Shown here one piece after another: positions 1 through 11,325 of a stretch of DNA of 58,514 nt. The notes beneath the pieces are model-generated. The model was not told the origin of the DNA. It did not search any database and saw nothing but the letters and a program-made list of their open reading frames with translations. The position numbers were made by a program, and so were the translations under genes. This DNA comes from Craspedostauros australis (taxonomy: Eukaryota): the NCBI GenBank assembly GCA_030167865.1, contig JALAGF010006515.1:1-58514 (forward strand), read 5' to 3'. Each line of letters begins with the position of its first letter. The stretch's first letter is position 1.

Positions 1-3
1 TAT

Positions 4-1203
4 GTGGGCGAAGAACACGCGAAGCACCTCATCGGCGCTTTGCAAACCATCTACAAGTGTACGGTCGAGTGGAGCGGCGATCTCTACTGCGGCGTGAGTC
101 TCAAATGGGACTACGCGAAACGAACAGTGGAGCTCTCCATGCCAGGATACGTGCAAAAAGCACTCCACAAGTTCCAACACCCGATCCCCACTCGACCACA
201 ACATGCGCCAGCGCCATGGGACGCGCTGACCTACGGGGCGAAGACGCAAGAACCCAAACACGACGACACGTCGCCCAAGCTCCCGGCAGAACAAATCATC
301 CGCATTCGACAGGTGGTGGGGACACTGCTGTACTACGCCCGTGCGGTAGACCCAACCATCCTGCCAGCAGTAAGCGACATCGCCACACAGCAGGCCCACG
401 CGACACAAGACACCGAGCGGCGCGTGAACCAGCTCATGGACTACTGCGCCACACACCCCAACGCCATCCTGGTGTATCAAGCCAGCGACATGGTCTTGCA
501 TGTCGACAGCGACGCCTCCTACCTCAGCCTGCCGAAGGCGAGAAGCCGAGCCGGCGGCCACATGTACCTCAGCAAGCGGTCCACCGATACCAACAAGGCC
601 CCGAACACAGCGCCACCCAACAATGGCGCCATTCACACCGTATGCAACAAAATACAAAATGTGATGAGCTCCGCCGCCGAAGCCGAAGTGGGCGCCCTGT
701 ACTTGAACTGCACAGCAGCCACAGCACTTCGCACGACGCTCGACGAACTGGGACATCCCCAACCACCTACGCCCATCAAAACAGACAATTCCACAGCATC
801 CGGGATTGTGAACAACACGATGAAACAACGACGCACACGGGCAATGGACATGCGATTCTACTGGGTACGCGACCGCGTCCAACAGGGCCAATTCATCATA
901 TATTGGGCCCCAGGAGCAGACAACCTCGCCGACTACTTCACCAAACATCATCCGGCAGCTCACCATCGCAAAATGCGCGAAGTCTACCTCAAGCCCACTC
1001 CAGACAGTGGCAAGGCAACAGGACAGAGCATGCTGGGAGTTCCGCGAGGGTGTGTTGATTCCAGTCCCGCCCGTGACTCGCCTGTCCATCGCCAGAACGC
1101 TATGCACCTCGCGCCCACTTTTCTGCTAGAGACAGGCAAGCTACGATCAGGAATCCTTTCCGCAACTCCAGCGCTAATCAATACAATCTCTCATAAATAT
1201 TAG
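4..1203 (+). CDS. Copia pol polyprotein, partial (RT C-terminus + RNase H); reads into the 3' LTR
   Basis: Motifs VVGTLLYYARAVDPTIL, LHVDSDASYLS..ARSRAGGH, MSSAAEAEVGALY, TDNSTA, AMDMRFYWVRDR, NLADYFTKHH are typical of Ty1/copia RNase H; no internal stops. Confidence 0.93.
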   Translation: MGEEHAKHLIGALQTIYKCTVEWSGDLYCGVSLKWDYAKRTVELSMPGYVQKALHKFQHPIPTRPQHAPAPWDALTYGAKTQEPKHDDTSPKLPAEQIIRIRQVVGTLLYYARAVDPTILPAVSDIATQQAHATQDTERRVNQLMDYCATHPNAILVYQASDMVLHVDSDASYLSLPKARSRAGGHMYLSKRSTDTNKAPNTAPPNNGAIHTVCNKIQNVMSSAAEAEVGALYLNCTAATALRTTLDELGHPQPPTPIKTDNSTASGIVNNTMKQRRTRAMDMRFYWVRDRVQQGQFIIYWAPGADNLADYFTKHHPAAHHRKMREVYLKPTPDSGKATGQSMLGVPRGCVDSSPARDSPVHRQNAMHLAPTFLLETGKLRSGILSATPALINTISHKY

Positions 1204-1240
1204 CGAACAACATTGATTCACTCACTCAGTCCTATTAACA
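1053..1240 (+). repeat. Putative 3' LTR (~160-190 bp)
   Basis: Begins TGTTGAT just after the PPT-like tract; possible ends are CAACA (1208-1212) or ATTAACA (1234-1240). The 5' LTR is outside the window, so the end is ambiguous. Confidence 0.6.
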
Positions 1241-1690
1241 CTCGTGACGGTGATTTAATGACGATTGCTATTATCATTTACCATGCTACGAGTACTCAAT
1301 GGTACGAGCATGTATGGTATGGTTGTTGCTTCATCATTCGTCTCATGCATGTCGGTTCTTGTTCGTAATCAACGCTTCGTCATCATCGACAAAGCAGCAA
1401 CAGCAGCTGTATCTGGCGCAGCAGTGTGTGCAGAGTAGAGTAGGTGAGTGCCATACTCCCCATTGGTTTGTTCTTGTTTTACTCTTGCGCGGACACAGCT
1501 TTTGCAACTGGCGACAATGTGGTTGATTTCATTTCGTGTGATGTTTGATCGTTTGATTGTTTGTTTGTTTGGTTGGTTGTTTTGGTGTCGGTTTTGTTTC
1601 GATTCGTTTCGCAATACTTCCGCGAAAGACTGCGGAGATGGCTTCCATCGTGATCTCTATGCAGAACTCACTCAGGCCGCCATTGCACGC

Positions 1691-4049
1691 TTACCGACAA
1701 TCGGTACAGCAGGTGCACTGCACTTCGGGATCCGGCTCATCGCAGTCGGCGATCAAACTGGTGAGAGGGCCGTCGGGAGCGATCAGACCGCACACGGATT
1801 GCGGGATGGCTCCGGTGAAGTCATTGGCGTGCAAGGTGAAGGTGTCCAGCAGGGAGAGTCCGCCAAAGACATCGGGGATGGTACCGGTGAATTCGTTGAC
1901 GTGCAGCTGCAGGAATTCCAGCTCGGGGAAGGCGATGCTCTCGACTCCGGTGGTGGCGTTGACGACCGAAAAGCCGTCGATGGTGCCGGTGAAGTTGTTG
2001 TTATTGAGGTCGAGTTGGGTCAGGTCGGAGAGCTGGAACAGCTGGGTGGGCAGGTCGCCGGTCAGAGAGTTGAAGTCCAAATCGATGAAGATCAGCTCCG
2101 TCAGCTCGCCGATTTCGGATGGGATTGGGCCGGTCAGGTTGCCGCGTTCCATGCCCCAGATGACGAGGTCCTGGAGGAGGGCTATTTCCGTTGGGATGGT
2201 TCCGATCAGGTTGTTTTGCTCTGCGTGATTGTAGAGTGAGTTGGTAAGTGTGGGTGAGTGTTGGCAAGCGTGGGTGAATGTTGGAGGTGGAGAAGAATCG
2301 GATGAAAATGAGGAGCAGAACATTTCACGCAATCGGAATGTGTGAGTCGATGCTGCCATGATGGCGTGGGTACAGGCACACCCGTCGGCATTCCATACAT
2401 GCGGCGCACCACATCCATGGGGCGTCCAGAATGAACAACATCAACAGCAACTCCAGGTCAAACTTACCGAATACGACTTCCGTCACGCAGCCTTCGATGT
2501 TGCAAGAAATACCGGCCCATTCGCATTCATTGGCTTCGCCCAGGAAGCGTCTGCTGCCGATGAAAGGGGAAGTGACACCGCACACCTCGTCCAAGTCTTC
2601 TGCGTTACATGCCGTCCAGTTACCTCCGTTCGTGGAAAAGTATATGACGGCCAAGCTCCAACGCTGCACAATCTTCACGTTTGGGTCGATGGGACAGACT
2701 TGGCGTTCGTCAATGTTCAAAATCCAGTCGGTGGCAAGGCCTTGGGAGGTTGTGTTGTCAGTCAACAGAGTGGGATCGTTCGTGACCGACACCAGCTGTT
2801 GCAAGATCTCCGCCTTGCGTTGGTCGGTTGACAGCGCGCAGCCTGTCAGGGTCGGAGTGCTGGATGGCTCGGCGCTGACTGTGGGATTGGCAGACGGCGC
2901 GGCAGATGGCACGTTGCTTGTTGTGGGAGCGGAAGATGGGAAACCGCTTGGCATCGCTGAGGCGGTGACGGTGGGCACAGCCGATGGGTTTGTCGAGGGC
3001 ACGGCAGTTGGTGAGATTGTGGTCGCGGCGGATGATGGCGACTGCGAAGCAAGCTCAGTCTCGGAGGGGGCAGTGGATGGCGAGTCAGAAGCCAACACAG
3101 CCGAAGCAACTGTTGGTCTTGCGGATTCCGTGGGATTCTGCGTTGGCAGCATCGATACTGTCGGTGCCATCGAGGGCATGACGGAAACAGTTGGGGTCGA
3201 AGATGGCATCATGGAGACACTTGGTGCAGTGGATGGCGCAGAACTGAGTGTTGGCGTGGACGATGGCAACATTGAGACGCTTGGTGAGTTGGATGGAGCA
3301 GAGCTCACGGTTGGTGTCGACGATGGCAGCATGGAGACGCTTGGAGGCGAACTCAATGTCTCTGCTGCTGATGGCGATGAGGAAACAGTTGGTGCGGTAG
3401 ATGGGCGACTGCTCAATGATGGGGTGTCCGATGGAGGCGCTGAGATGGTTGGTGTGGTACTTATGGTCGGGCTGACCGATGGCATCATTGAGATGGTCGG
3501 TGCGATTGTGCTGGTGGTGTTGGGATCCAGGGTGCTTGGGGCCAAGGATGGTGGTGCGGACACTGTTGGGGCATCGGTGATCGTACGATTCTGAGTCGGA
3601 GAAGCTGTTGCGCCTGGCACGGACGTGGCGTTGCTGGGAGCAGGTGTGGGAACTTGAGATGGCGTCTCGGTGTCGTTGGCTGGGGCTGGGAGTTGGGTTG
3701 GGAGTTCGGTGATTGGGTCAGTCGGTGCGTCGGTTGTCGCGTTGGGCATACTGAATGCAAGGCCGGCGAAGACCGCGCTTTCGAAGAAAAGATCTTCCTC
3801 GAAGGTACTGTCCTGGCCATCGCCGTTGCCACTTTCTTCGCCAAAGGCAGTTTCGGTCGGACTGAACATGTCCGAAGCAAGGTTGCGCTTCATACTCCCA
3901 TCCGCTGGTTCGCCTTCGATCGCGCGGTTGCCTGTCTGTTCGTGGCTGCGGTTCCGAAGATACTTGGAGGTTGACTCCGCCGTGTGCTGCAACGAAGCGC
4001 AAGGCACAAGAAGGCCCAGCGTGGTGAGGAGGAAGGGATGGAAGATCAT
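1691..4049 (-). CDS. Secreted LRR protein with Pro/Ser/Thr mucin-like stalk (2 exons: 4049-2468, 2220-1691)
   Basis: Signal peptide MIFHPFLLTTLGLLVPCASL; PSxxPTxS repeats; QRWSLAVIYFST..NW and ECEWAGISC LRR cap; GTAAG donor at 2467 and CAG acceptor at 2221 join in frame to plant-type LRRs (NNLIGTIPTEI, NSLTGDLP, NEFTGTIP); ends in ADC..C.CCT.C. Confidence 0.88.
2850..3580 (-). repeat. Coding tandem repeat, 30/60-nt period (PSxxPT/SxSxx decapeptides)
   Basis: Sequence lines 3181, 3241 and 3301 align at a 60-nt period, e.g. PSVSMLPSSTPTVSSAPSNS. Confidence 0.8.
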
Positions 4050-4971
4050 GGTGCCGGTGAGATTGTGTATGTGTGATGTACGTGCGCTGGATTGAGCCGA
4101 GGGCAGGTGGTTCGAGGGCGATGATGCTTTTGTTGCTGTTCTGCATTTTATGATCGAAGCATGATCTGAAACCAATTCAACTTCTTAAGTTGCGCAATCC
4201 ACCGTTTGAACCACAGTTTCCCGTGCAGTGAATTGCGCAACATTGCATTGCACTTCATTGCGTCGTATTGCGCCGCATCGAAGCATCATTCTGTTCATCA
4301 TCGCCGCGCTCCGCCACACTCCACAACGCTCCGTATGTGCCCTTCTCGAAGTCGCAAATGGATGACGCCGGATCGGGCATCCGTTGCGGCATCATCCGTT
4401 CCCGCCTCATTGCAAACATTCCATGATTCATCCAGGTATCCGGCATGCCATGGGATTGGCCATTCTGCTTCTGTCCTTCAGGTGCGAGCGCAGTGTTGTC
4501 ATTGTTGTTGATCTTGCCGTTTTTGAAAATGTGACCCATTCGGGATTCAGGATCTTGTGGGAATGCATGTCCTCACGCGAAAGATTCACCAAAACAAGAC
4601 AGAGATCCATAGCAAACTCCACTCAAAATCATCCTCGGACGACTCCATCTGCACCCGCACGATTGCCACAAGAGCAAAGGGTCAATGAATGGACCTCCAC
4701 AAGAGCTATCGCATGACTCCGATTATTCATGATGTGCATGTGCTCGTACCATACATGCCATCATCAACATCAAAGAAGCCGGCATGGTTGGTAAATTGAA
4801 AATCGTGTGATTCATTTTTCGCAACAATCCAATCCCGACACCACAAGGAATGCGAAAATTGATCGTTATTCTGCTAGAGTACGTACGATCTACTCTGGCG
4901 TGGATGATAGCGTAGCGTTTTAGCGGCCGTACGAGTACTCCGTCAATGCTCTCTGGTACGATCGATGCTCT

Positions 4972-7167
4972 CTACGCGTTGTCTTGCTGCCAGACGGCCA
5001 TTGCATCCTGCAAACGCTTGAGGATGGTCTCTTCGGAAATCTCCTTGATGGTTCCCGTATCGTCCGCGTAATTGCAACGCCTGGCACGAATGCGCAGAGA
5101 GTCGGATGTAGTCTTCTCGACCAGCACAGTAATCCCACCTTCCTTGGCGATGCGTCGCCTGGACGCAGCCGACTTGGCCGTGGAAGTACCTGATTTGGAT
5201 AGCGTCTCCCGCTCACGCTCCTCGTCCTTGCTCATGTAGTTCCTGCCGGTGGCGGTGGGCAGGAAGAGCATTTGGACTCCGCTCTGCTGCGCCACCGTCT
5301 GCGCGGATCGTTGGGGCGGCACGCTTTCGATGGTCTGAATGGGCGTCGTCAAGCCCTTTCCAGTCTGTGCCAGCAGCAGCGCCCACTCGCGGATGTATTC
5401 GGAAAGCTGATCGTACAGCTCGACATTGTACGAGCCATCGAGATCCAACCGCCACAGTTCAGGTCCTTCGAGCGGCACGAAGGTTTCGGACCAGAAGCTT
5501 TGTGCGTCATCTCCGGTGCTGAGCATGTCGGCAGGCAAGCATCCCGCGCACGAAAAGGTTGAGTTGCGTGCCGTTGGTTGGAAGGCGGTTGCCTGGATGA
5601 TGACCTGCTCCGCAGTCGCAGCCGTGATGGTGGCATCCAAAACATCTCCGGGACGCAGTTCGAACGTCGCATCCTTGGCGTCCTTGATTTCGCCCAACTT
5701 GATGAGGGTGTAATCGAGTGGTGGTTCGACGGCACGTTGCTTGACGGTGTTGATGAGCACCTCCTCCACCTGGCGACGTTGATCGAGTTTGCCGCCCATG
5801 AGGTTCTGCATGCTGTAGGGGAATTTTTCGGTGCGTTCCGTACCGACTGTGGTGATGCCGACCAGCTGCGTGGGGGGTTGTCCGATGGAACCCGAGGATC
5901 CCAAGGTCTTGCGAAGCAGCTTGTCAAAGATTTGTTTGAGAGACGATGCCTGACTGATCGAGGAGCAAAAGACGATGACGCAGTCGGCATCGTTGGCACC
6001 GATGGGCATGGTAGCTGTTGGCGAAAGGACTTGGATGTCCAGGTTGGGGATCTTGGAAACACTGGCAAAGTTCTTCTCGAGTAGCGGGACGAGTTGCTTT
6101 GCCATCGAATCCTGTGTTTGCGAATGCGAGTGTATTGGAATTGGATTTTGTGCACGCCGTTTATGAATGAGCGAGAAGTTGGATGCAGAATAATGCAAAG
6201 TACCCGTACATAATCACACACACACAGAGATTCACGAAACTGATTCATGATGCACCAGAATTCATGAGCCTATACGTTGACAATGATGAGCTGAGAGAGA
6301 GAGAGAGAGAGAGCAGCAGCAGCAGGCTCCACTCATTCCATTGTCACGCTGGTGTCTACTTTCCACACTCACCTGCTTGACATCCGCAATAATGACGATT
6401 CTGTTTTCTTTGACGACGGACACAGCTTCCTCCAATCCCAAATCGGTGTCGGATGACACAGTGCCCGAACCTGCCGTTGCTTGTTTGACGGCGTTCTGAA
6501 CGCTGCCCAAGAGCGTCGCCTGCCCAGCCAGGGTGCCATCGGCCAGCACGGTCCTGCCATTGAGCACGCCCCACGTTCCAATCTCCATGCCGACGCCTTC
6601 CATGGCCCTGGAGGCCGCGGCCGCTTGCTTCGTCGATTCCCTCGTCGCGGACGTGGACGACAGGAAGGTCCCCGTCATGCCATCGATCTTGGTCTGCAAT
6701 TCTTCCTGCATGCGCTGCGCTTCGAGCTCCGATGCGAAATCCTTGGCCCGCTTCGACTTTTCGAGATCGCGCTTCATCTTCTGCCGCGTGCTTTCGATGT
6801 CGGCCAGACCGGCATTGACGGCCTCATCGATGAGCTGCTTGGCCTCGGCCTTGAGTTCGACGGCGTCCTTCTCCGACAGCGGATCCAGCTGGCCACCGAA
6901 GTTGATTCCCAGCTTGCCCGTGCTGTCCTCGACCGCGTCGTCGGACTTGGCGATATCGGCCAGCGCCTCCCATGGAGACAAGTCCTCCTCATCATCATTG
7001 CTGCTCTTCTTGGACTGCGCAAACAGGACGGACTGTACTCTGGCTGCCACTGCCCCATCCAAGCGCTGGACCGTGGAGAAGCTGCTGAAGGCCCGAGTGG
7101 CTGGGATGGCAGCAAGCATTGCCACCACTGCACAAAGCTGCGCCATCGCGAGTATCTTCGTTGTCAT
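4972..7167 (-). CDS. Predicted plastid-targeted protein: coiled coil + atypical NAD(P)-binding Rossmann-like domain (2 exons: 7167-6373, 6111-4972)
   Basis: Signal peptide ending ATRA-FSSF; GTGAGT donor at 6372 and ACAG acceptor at 6112 fuse two ORFs in phase 0 (VKQ|DSMAK); FPYSMQNLMGGKLDQRRQVEE..LDYTLIKLG resembles Tic62/atypical-SDR motifs. Confidence 0.8.
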
Positions 7168-7692
7168 CGTAATCTCCGCGACTTTCTTGCTCACACCGAC
7201 AGAATGGACGGTGACGTCAATGGAGTGATGTCTATGAACTGGATCTTCTAATCGTACTCGTATGGTATGTGGTCGTAAACTGAGCGGATTATCAGTCTGG
7301 AGCAGTCGTATATAATACTCGAAAGTATAGTATGGTACGCAAGTTGGTATAATACTCTGCAATGGTATCGTAACACGCTCGAGACCCGCTGTCTTGCAAT
7401 GGAGGTGAATGGGGTTGCACTCAACTTCAAGCAGAGCAGCTCTTCTCAGTTGCTCCAGAGCAGTCTCTTTCTCACTCGATCTTCAACTGGTCGAAGTCTC
7501 TTTTCGGATGGCGTTGTGGCGTTTGTGATCTTGTGCGGTGTTTGCCTCTTTCTCTGTTTGGGTGTTGATTTGCGCTTTGTGTGCTTCGATGTTGTTGTTG
7601 CGTCCAACACGGAGAAGCGGTTTGGTATCTTCAACACGCACAGCAGACATGACGCGCAGCGAAGAAAACAAGATCTTCTCGTGTCAACAACG

Positions 7693-7777
7693 TGACGTGT
7701 GGGCTGATCTATGACGTCAACAAGTTGTATTCGAACAAGTCATGCGTCTGATGACGTGTAGGTTTCGTATGATGTCA
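7693..7777. promoter_or_regulatory. Cluster of bZIP/CRE-like sites in a divergent intergenic region
   Basis: TGACGT at 7693, TGACGTCA at 7712, TGACGT at 7752, TGATGTCA at 7770; another TGACGTCA at 7212. Confidence 0.45.
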
Positions 7778-8587
7778 CAACCAAGACGAACTGATGACCG
7801 TTGGGCTCATTCGCTGGCACATCCTTCTTCTGCTTCTTCCAGTGTTCCTCGTGTGTTCCAATCATCTTCCTTCAGCGGCGAACGTAAAACGGGACCATTG
7901 CCAATTCTCCACGATGCGCAAATCCGAACTTTTCGATTTACCCCGATTACTCACGGACTTCTAGTGCTTTTTTCAGTCGCAACAGACGTGCAGAATTCGG
8001 AGCTGGACACCGCTGTACTTATGCCTCCGATCCAGTCGCGAAAAAGAACGATTGTTCACGACCTTCTTCGGAAGCTCGCAGAATGTCACCCTTCCACTCC
8101 AACCAAAATGACTCGCGGCAATACGGGTATTCAATACCTCATCAAATGGCCGGAATCCGAAGATTCGTTCCAGCGAACGTTCCAACTCGCCCAACCGAAT
8201 CCAAGACAGCGCACAAGCCACACAGCAAATACACCATTCCGCAACAGCAGAGCGGTAGCACCCTCCATTTTGGGAACACGGCATCAACTGCACGCGCCTG
8301 TTGCACTTGCGACAGCTGTTCCAACAATTGCAAAATTTTCGCAACAACAAATCCTGTGCGACAACAGCGACAAAGCAAGGATCGCAGGAGGAACAAACAC
8401 ATTCGTTTTCGTCCATCCCCAAACGGCCTCTCTTGGACATAAAATCAAATCACTGTCTAATCTGCCTGCCCCATCAGAGAACGCACTCCATCTCAATTCT
8501 CCTTTCGCGCCAGCACCACAGCCACAATCACATCCCACTCATACTCATACACATTCACATTCACACAACAACAACAACAGCAACAAC

Positions 8588-8905
8588 ATGTGCAGACAAA
8601 ACAAGAACACCGCTACCAAGACCATCATGGGCACAGAAAGCAACGCCACGCATATCAATGACACTGCCATCTCATCGTCATCCGCCTTGCTCGCGAACGC
8701 GTCAAGCGCTGCCGCCCAACATCAGCTCCAACTGCAGAGACGGGTCTTGTCCAACGTCCTTTCGCCGACGTCGCGAAGGCTCACGATTCCAACACTTCCA
8801 GCATCGTTCCGACCGCGCCCGGCTGCTGCCGCGTCACCGATGCAGTTGCATGATCTGCTCAATGTCATCGACGACGTCATGGACATCCTCGGAGACGATG
8901 AGTAG
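8588..8905 (+). CDS. Small disordered protein with C-terminal acidic amphipathic motif (copy 1)
   Basis: ATG after a CA-rich leader (caacaacATG); ends LHDLLNVIDDVMDILGDDE*; motif shared with the ORFs at 17804 and 40389. Confidence 0.65.
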   Translation: MCRQNKNTATKTIMGTESNATHINDTAISSSSALLANASSAAAQHQLQLQRRVLSNVLSPTSRRLTIPTLPASFRPRPAAAASPMQLHDLLNVIDDVMDILGDDE

Positions 8906-9313
8906 GAATGCCACCACAGCAATCCTGCCGCGCTCCGCTACATCCATCCATTCCAGTGTACCACTACTGTATAATACCATACAGTCAACTCATCTCATGC
9001 AGCACACCGAGGCGCATGATCGATTTTGAACATACCTACCATACTATACTCCACTCCACCATACTTTACGTTACGCTACGACATCAAACGCAAACTGCAA
9101 CATCAGATGCAATTTGGCTCATGCGGTTGGGCTGCTCGAGAGTACTCAACCATTCGCTACCATGCGATCGCACAACTCCACAATATACTTATAAAATACA
9201 AATAGACCACCACCACCACCACGACATTCCCACATCCTCTACGATAGCCCCTATCAATGCAACGCCGCGCTACGACACACAGCTCCTTCTCCTGCTCTCG
9301 TTCTCTGCTCTCA

Positions 9314-10144
9314 TTAGAGATCCATCTGCGCCAAGCCAAAGGCGAAGGCCGTCACCGCATCGAACGGAGACTGAAAATCCAAATGGTACTCGTCCGTATC
9401 CCATTTCACCATCTGCAGGACGACATCACGGTTCCCATCCTCGTCGCCGGCATGGTGACGCACCAGCTGCATGTTCTTGCGCGATGCGAGGCGGCCGCGA
9501 CCGCCAAAGTTCCACGGGCGCTGGCGATTCGTCAACACGACCTCATCCTGAAGTGACGCATCGCTCCAGCCGATCTGGACTTGCCGGATGGGGCTGTCTT
9601 GGCAGACCTTCCACACGGAATGGACCTTGTACTGCATCGTCATCGCGGCGGTCGCATCGTCCGCGTCCCACTTCAAGGCGTACATCGCGGCATGCTGCGC
9701 GGACAACTGGGCCACGCAGTTCTCGACGTTGCTGGGACGACCAATTGCGTACGTGCGGCACTTGAAATGCATCGCATTGGTCTTGCGCCGTCCCCACATA
9801 ATGGGACGCGGATTGGTCTCGTCGGCGCTGGAATGGTACAGCACGAAATGGTTCGGAGATGTGCGGACCAGCTTGGTGCGGACCATGTCTTGAAGGGTCG
9901 GCGGCGGTGTGGGCATGCATGCGTCACCGCTGATCTCGTCGTGAAATCCATCGACGTTTTGGACGATTGTCGGAGGAGGGCCGTCGCGGTGGTCTTCGCG
10001 GATCTTCATAGTGTTGTCAAGCAAGGGCTTGGCGAGGGCATGCTTTGTGCCTTTGTTACCGTTGCGCTTGCTGTTGTCATCCAAATTGGTGAGGTGGTCG
10101 GCAGGGCCGTTGATCATGAGAGAGTCGGCAGACGGGACCTTCAT
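9314..10144 (-). CDS. Tubby C-terminal domain protein
   Basis: NFGGRGRLASRKNMQL..VVLQMVKWDTDEYHLDFQSPFDAVTAFAFGLAQMD matches the Tub domain C-terminus; likely start MKVPS at 10144. Confidence 0.85.
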   Translation of the reverse strand: MKVPSADSLMINGPADHLTNLDDNSKRNGNKGTKHALAKPLLDNTMKIREDHRDGPPPTIVQNVDGFHDEISGDACMPTPPPTLQDMVRTKLVRTSPNHFVLYHSSADETNPRPIMWGRRKTNAMHFKCRTYAIGRPSNVENCVAQLSAQHAAMYALKWDADDATAAMTMQYKVHSVWKVCQDSPIRQVQIGWSDASLQDEVVLTNRQRPWNFGGRGRLASRKNMQLVRHHAGDEDGNRDVVLQMVKWDTDEYHLDFQSPFDAVTAFAFGLAQMDL

Positions 10145-11097
10145 GGTTTTGACGGCGGAGTTGGATGGGACGGAACGTGGCGTGACGCGACGCGACGCGA
10201 CGCGTGCTTGGAGATCTTGAGCCTTGAGATACGTGGTCGTCCGATCTGATGATTTCAGACGATGACGATGAACGAAATGCGAGCGGTTGTGATCTGAGCG
10301 ACGTCTTGTGGTTTCGTTGTGACTGTGGTGGGGCACTGATTCTGATGTGATGTGGTGTGATGTGATGTCGAGCGAGATCGTTATTGTGACACACACCACG
10401 GACGAAGTGATGGGAAAGCACGATGTGCATGAACCCACAGACGAAGGACCCACCAGCTCGTTGGATTGCATTGCATTGCATTGCATTGCATCATTTCGTT
10501 TCGTTGCACATCGCATCACGCCGTCTTGTCTCGTGTCAACAGCACAACACCGCAACACCATGATGCAGGATTTGCGGAAATGCCATCAACAGGGGCACCT
10601 GGTTTTGTGTTGCAAAATGTGAGAGTGTCGTTTGCGCGATTCGAGTGATCGTGAATAAATTATCGACTCAATTGACCAATATAACCGCCGAAACGGTTGT
10701 AGTCTTGCTTCGGCGCCGCAAGAACACTTCGTTCGTGGGGGTGTTCGCAACCAGCAACAGTGAAACAGTGACAAGAACAAGAACAACAACAGAGCAGCAA
10801 CGTGAAAACACCCACACGACCAAATGAAATGACTGCGACGAGAACGAAGGAACAACAAAGAGGCTCCCATCATCGACAACAGCAGCAGCAGCAGCAACAA
10901 CAACAACACAAGCACAGAGCAGAACAACACAAGGTCCACGCCTGCGCCTCCACACATCAGCTCAGGAACCATACCTGTTCGCAAGACCTCCACAAACTCA
11001 TTCAACAAACCGTCAAGCCATCATCCCTCTCTTGGCTAAACCCTCTTTTCCACTTTCATCAACACACTCGCATTCCATCCATCCATCACCCAGCACA

Positions 11098-11325
11098 ATG
11101 CCCGTCGTTTTGGCTGCCGCAGCAATCACAGGAGCCGCCTACGGGGCGCTCAAGGGCGGGCAAGCCGCTGTGAGGAAGGGCAAGGAGTCCGTCAAGGAGG
11201 CGACTCGCCGCCGGCGCCGCAACCAAGAGAAACGGGAGTTCGAGGCCAAGGCTGCATCGCGCAAGGACAAGATGAAGGCCCTCCAGGCCATGCGCCAAGC
11301 CCACGGTTCCGAATACCGGAGTTAG
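11098..11325 (+). CDS. Small (75 aa) protein: hydrophobic Ala/Gly N-terminus + basic coiled coil
   Basis: acaATG start, strong GC3 codon bias, MPVVLAAAAITGAAYGALKGG followed by a K/R/E-rich helix. Confidence 0.65.
   Translation: MPVVLAAAAITGAAYGALKGGQAAVRKGKESVKEATRRRRRNQEKREFEAKAASRKDKMKALQAMRQAHGSEYRS

Larger units (their letters stand above)
1..1240 (+). mobile_element. 3' part of a Ty1/copia (CoDi-like) LTR retrotransposon, truncated by the window start
   Basis: ORF 4..1203 has copia RT C-terminus and RNase H motifs, followed by a purine-rich tract (cgcgaggg) and a TGTTG... LTR start at 1053. Confidence 0.93.

Noticed and set aside
57..1058. 333-aa alternative-frame ORF in the copia element
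   Set aside because: Arg/His/Pro-rich off-frame product with no motifs; explained by T-poor composition
2431..3594. 387-aa + strand ORF rich in VG/DG repeats
   Set aside because: Antisense shadow of the Pro/Ser/Thr repeats of the LRR gene
7742..8587. N-terminal 282 codons of the 387-aa ORF
   Set aside because: Looks like promoter/5' UTR (CA-rich, bZIP sites); the better start context is at 8588
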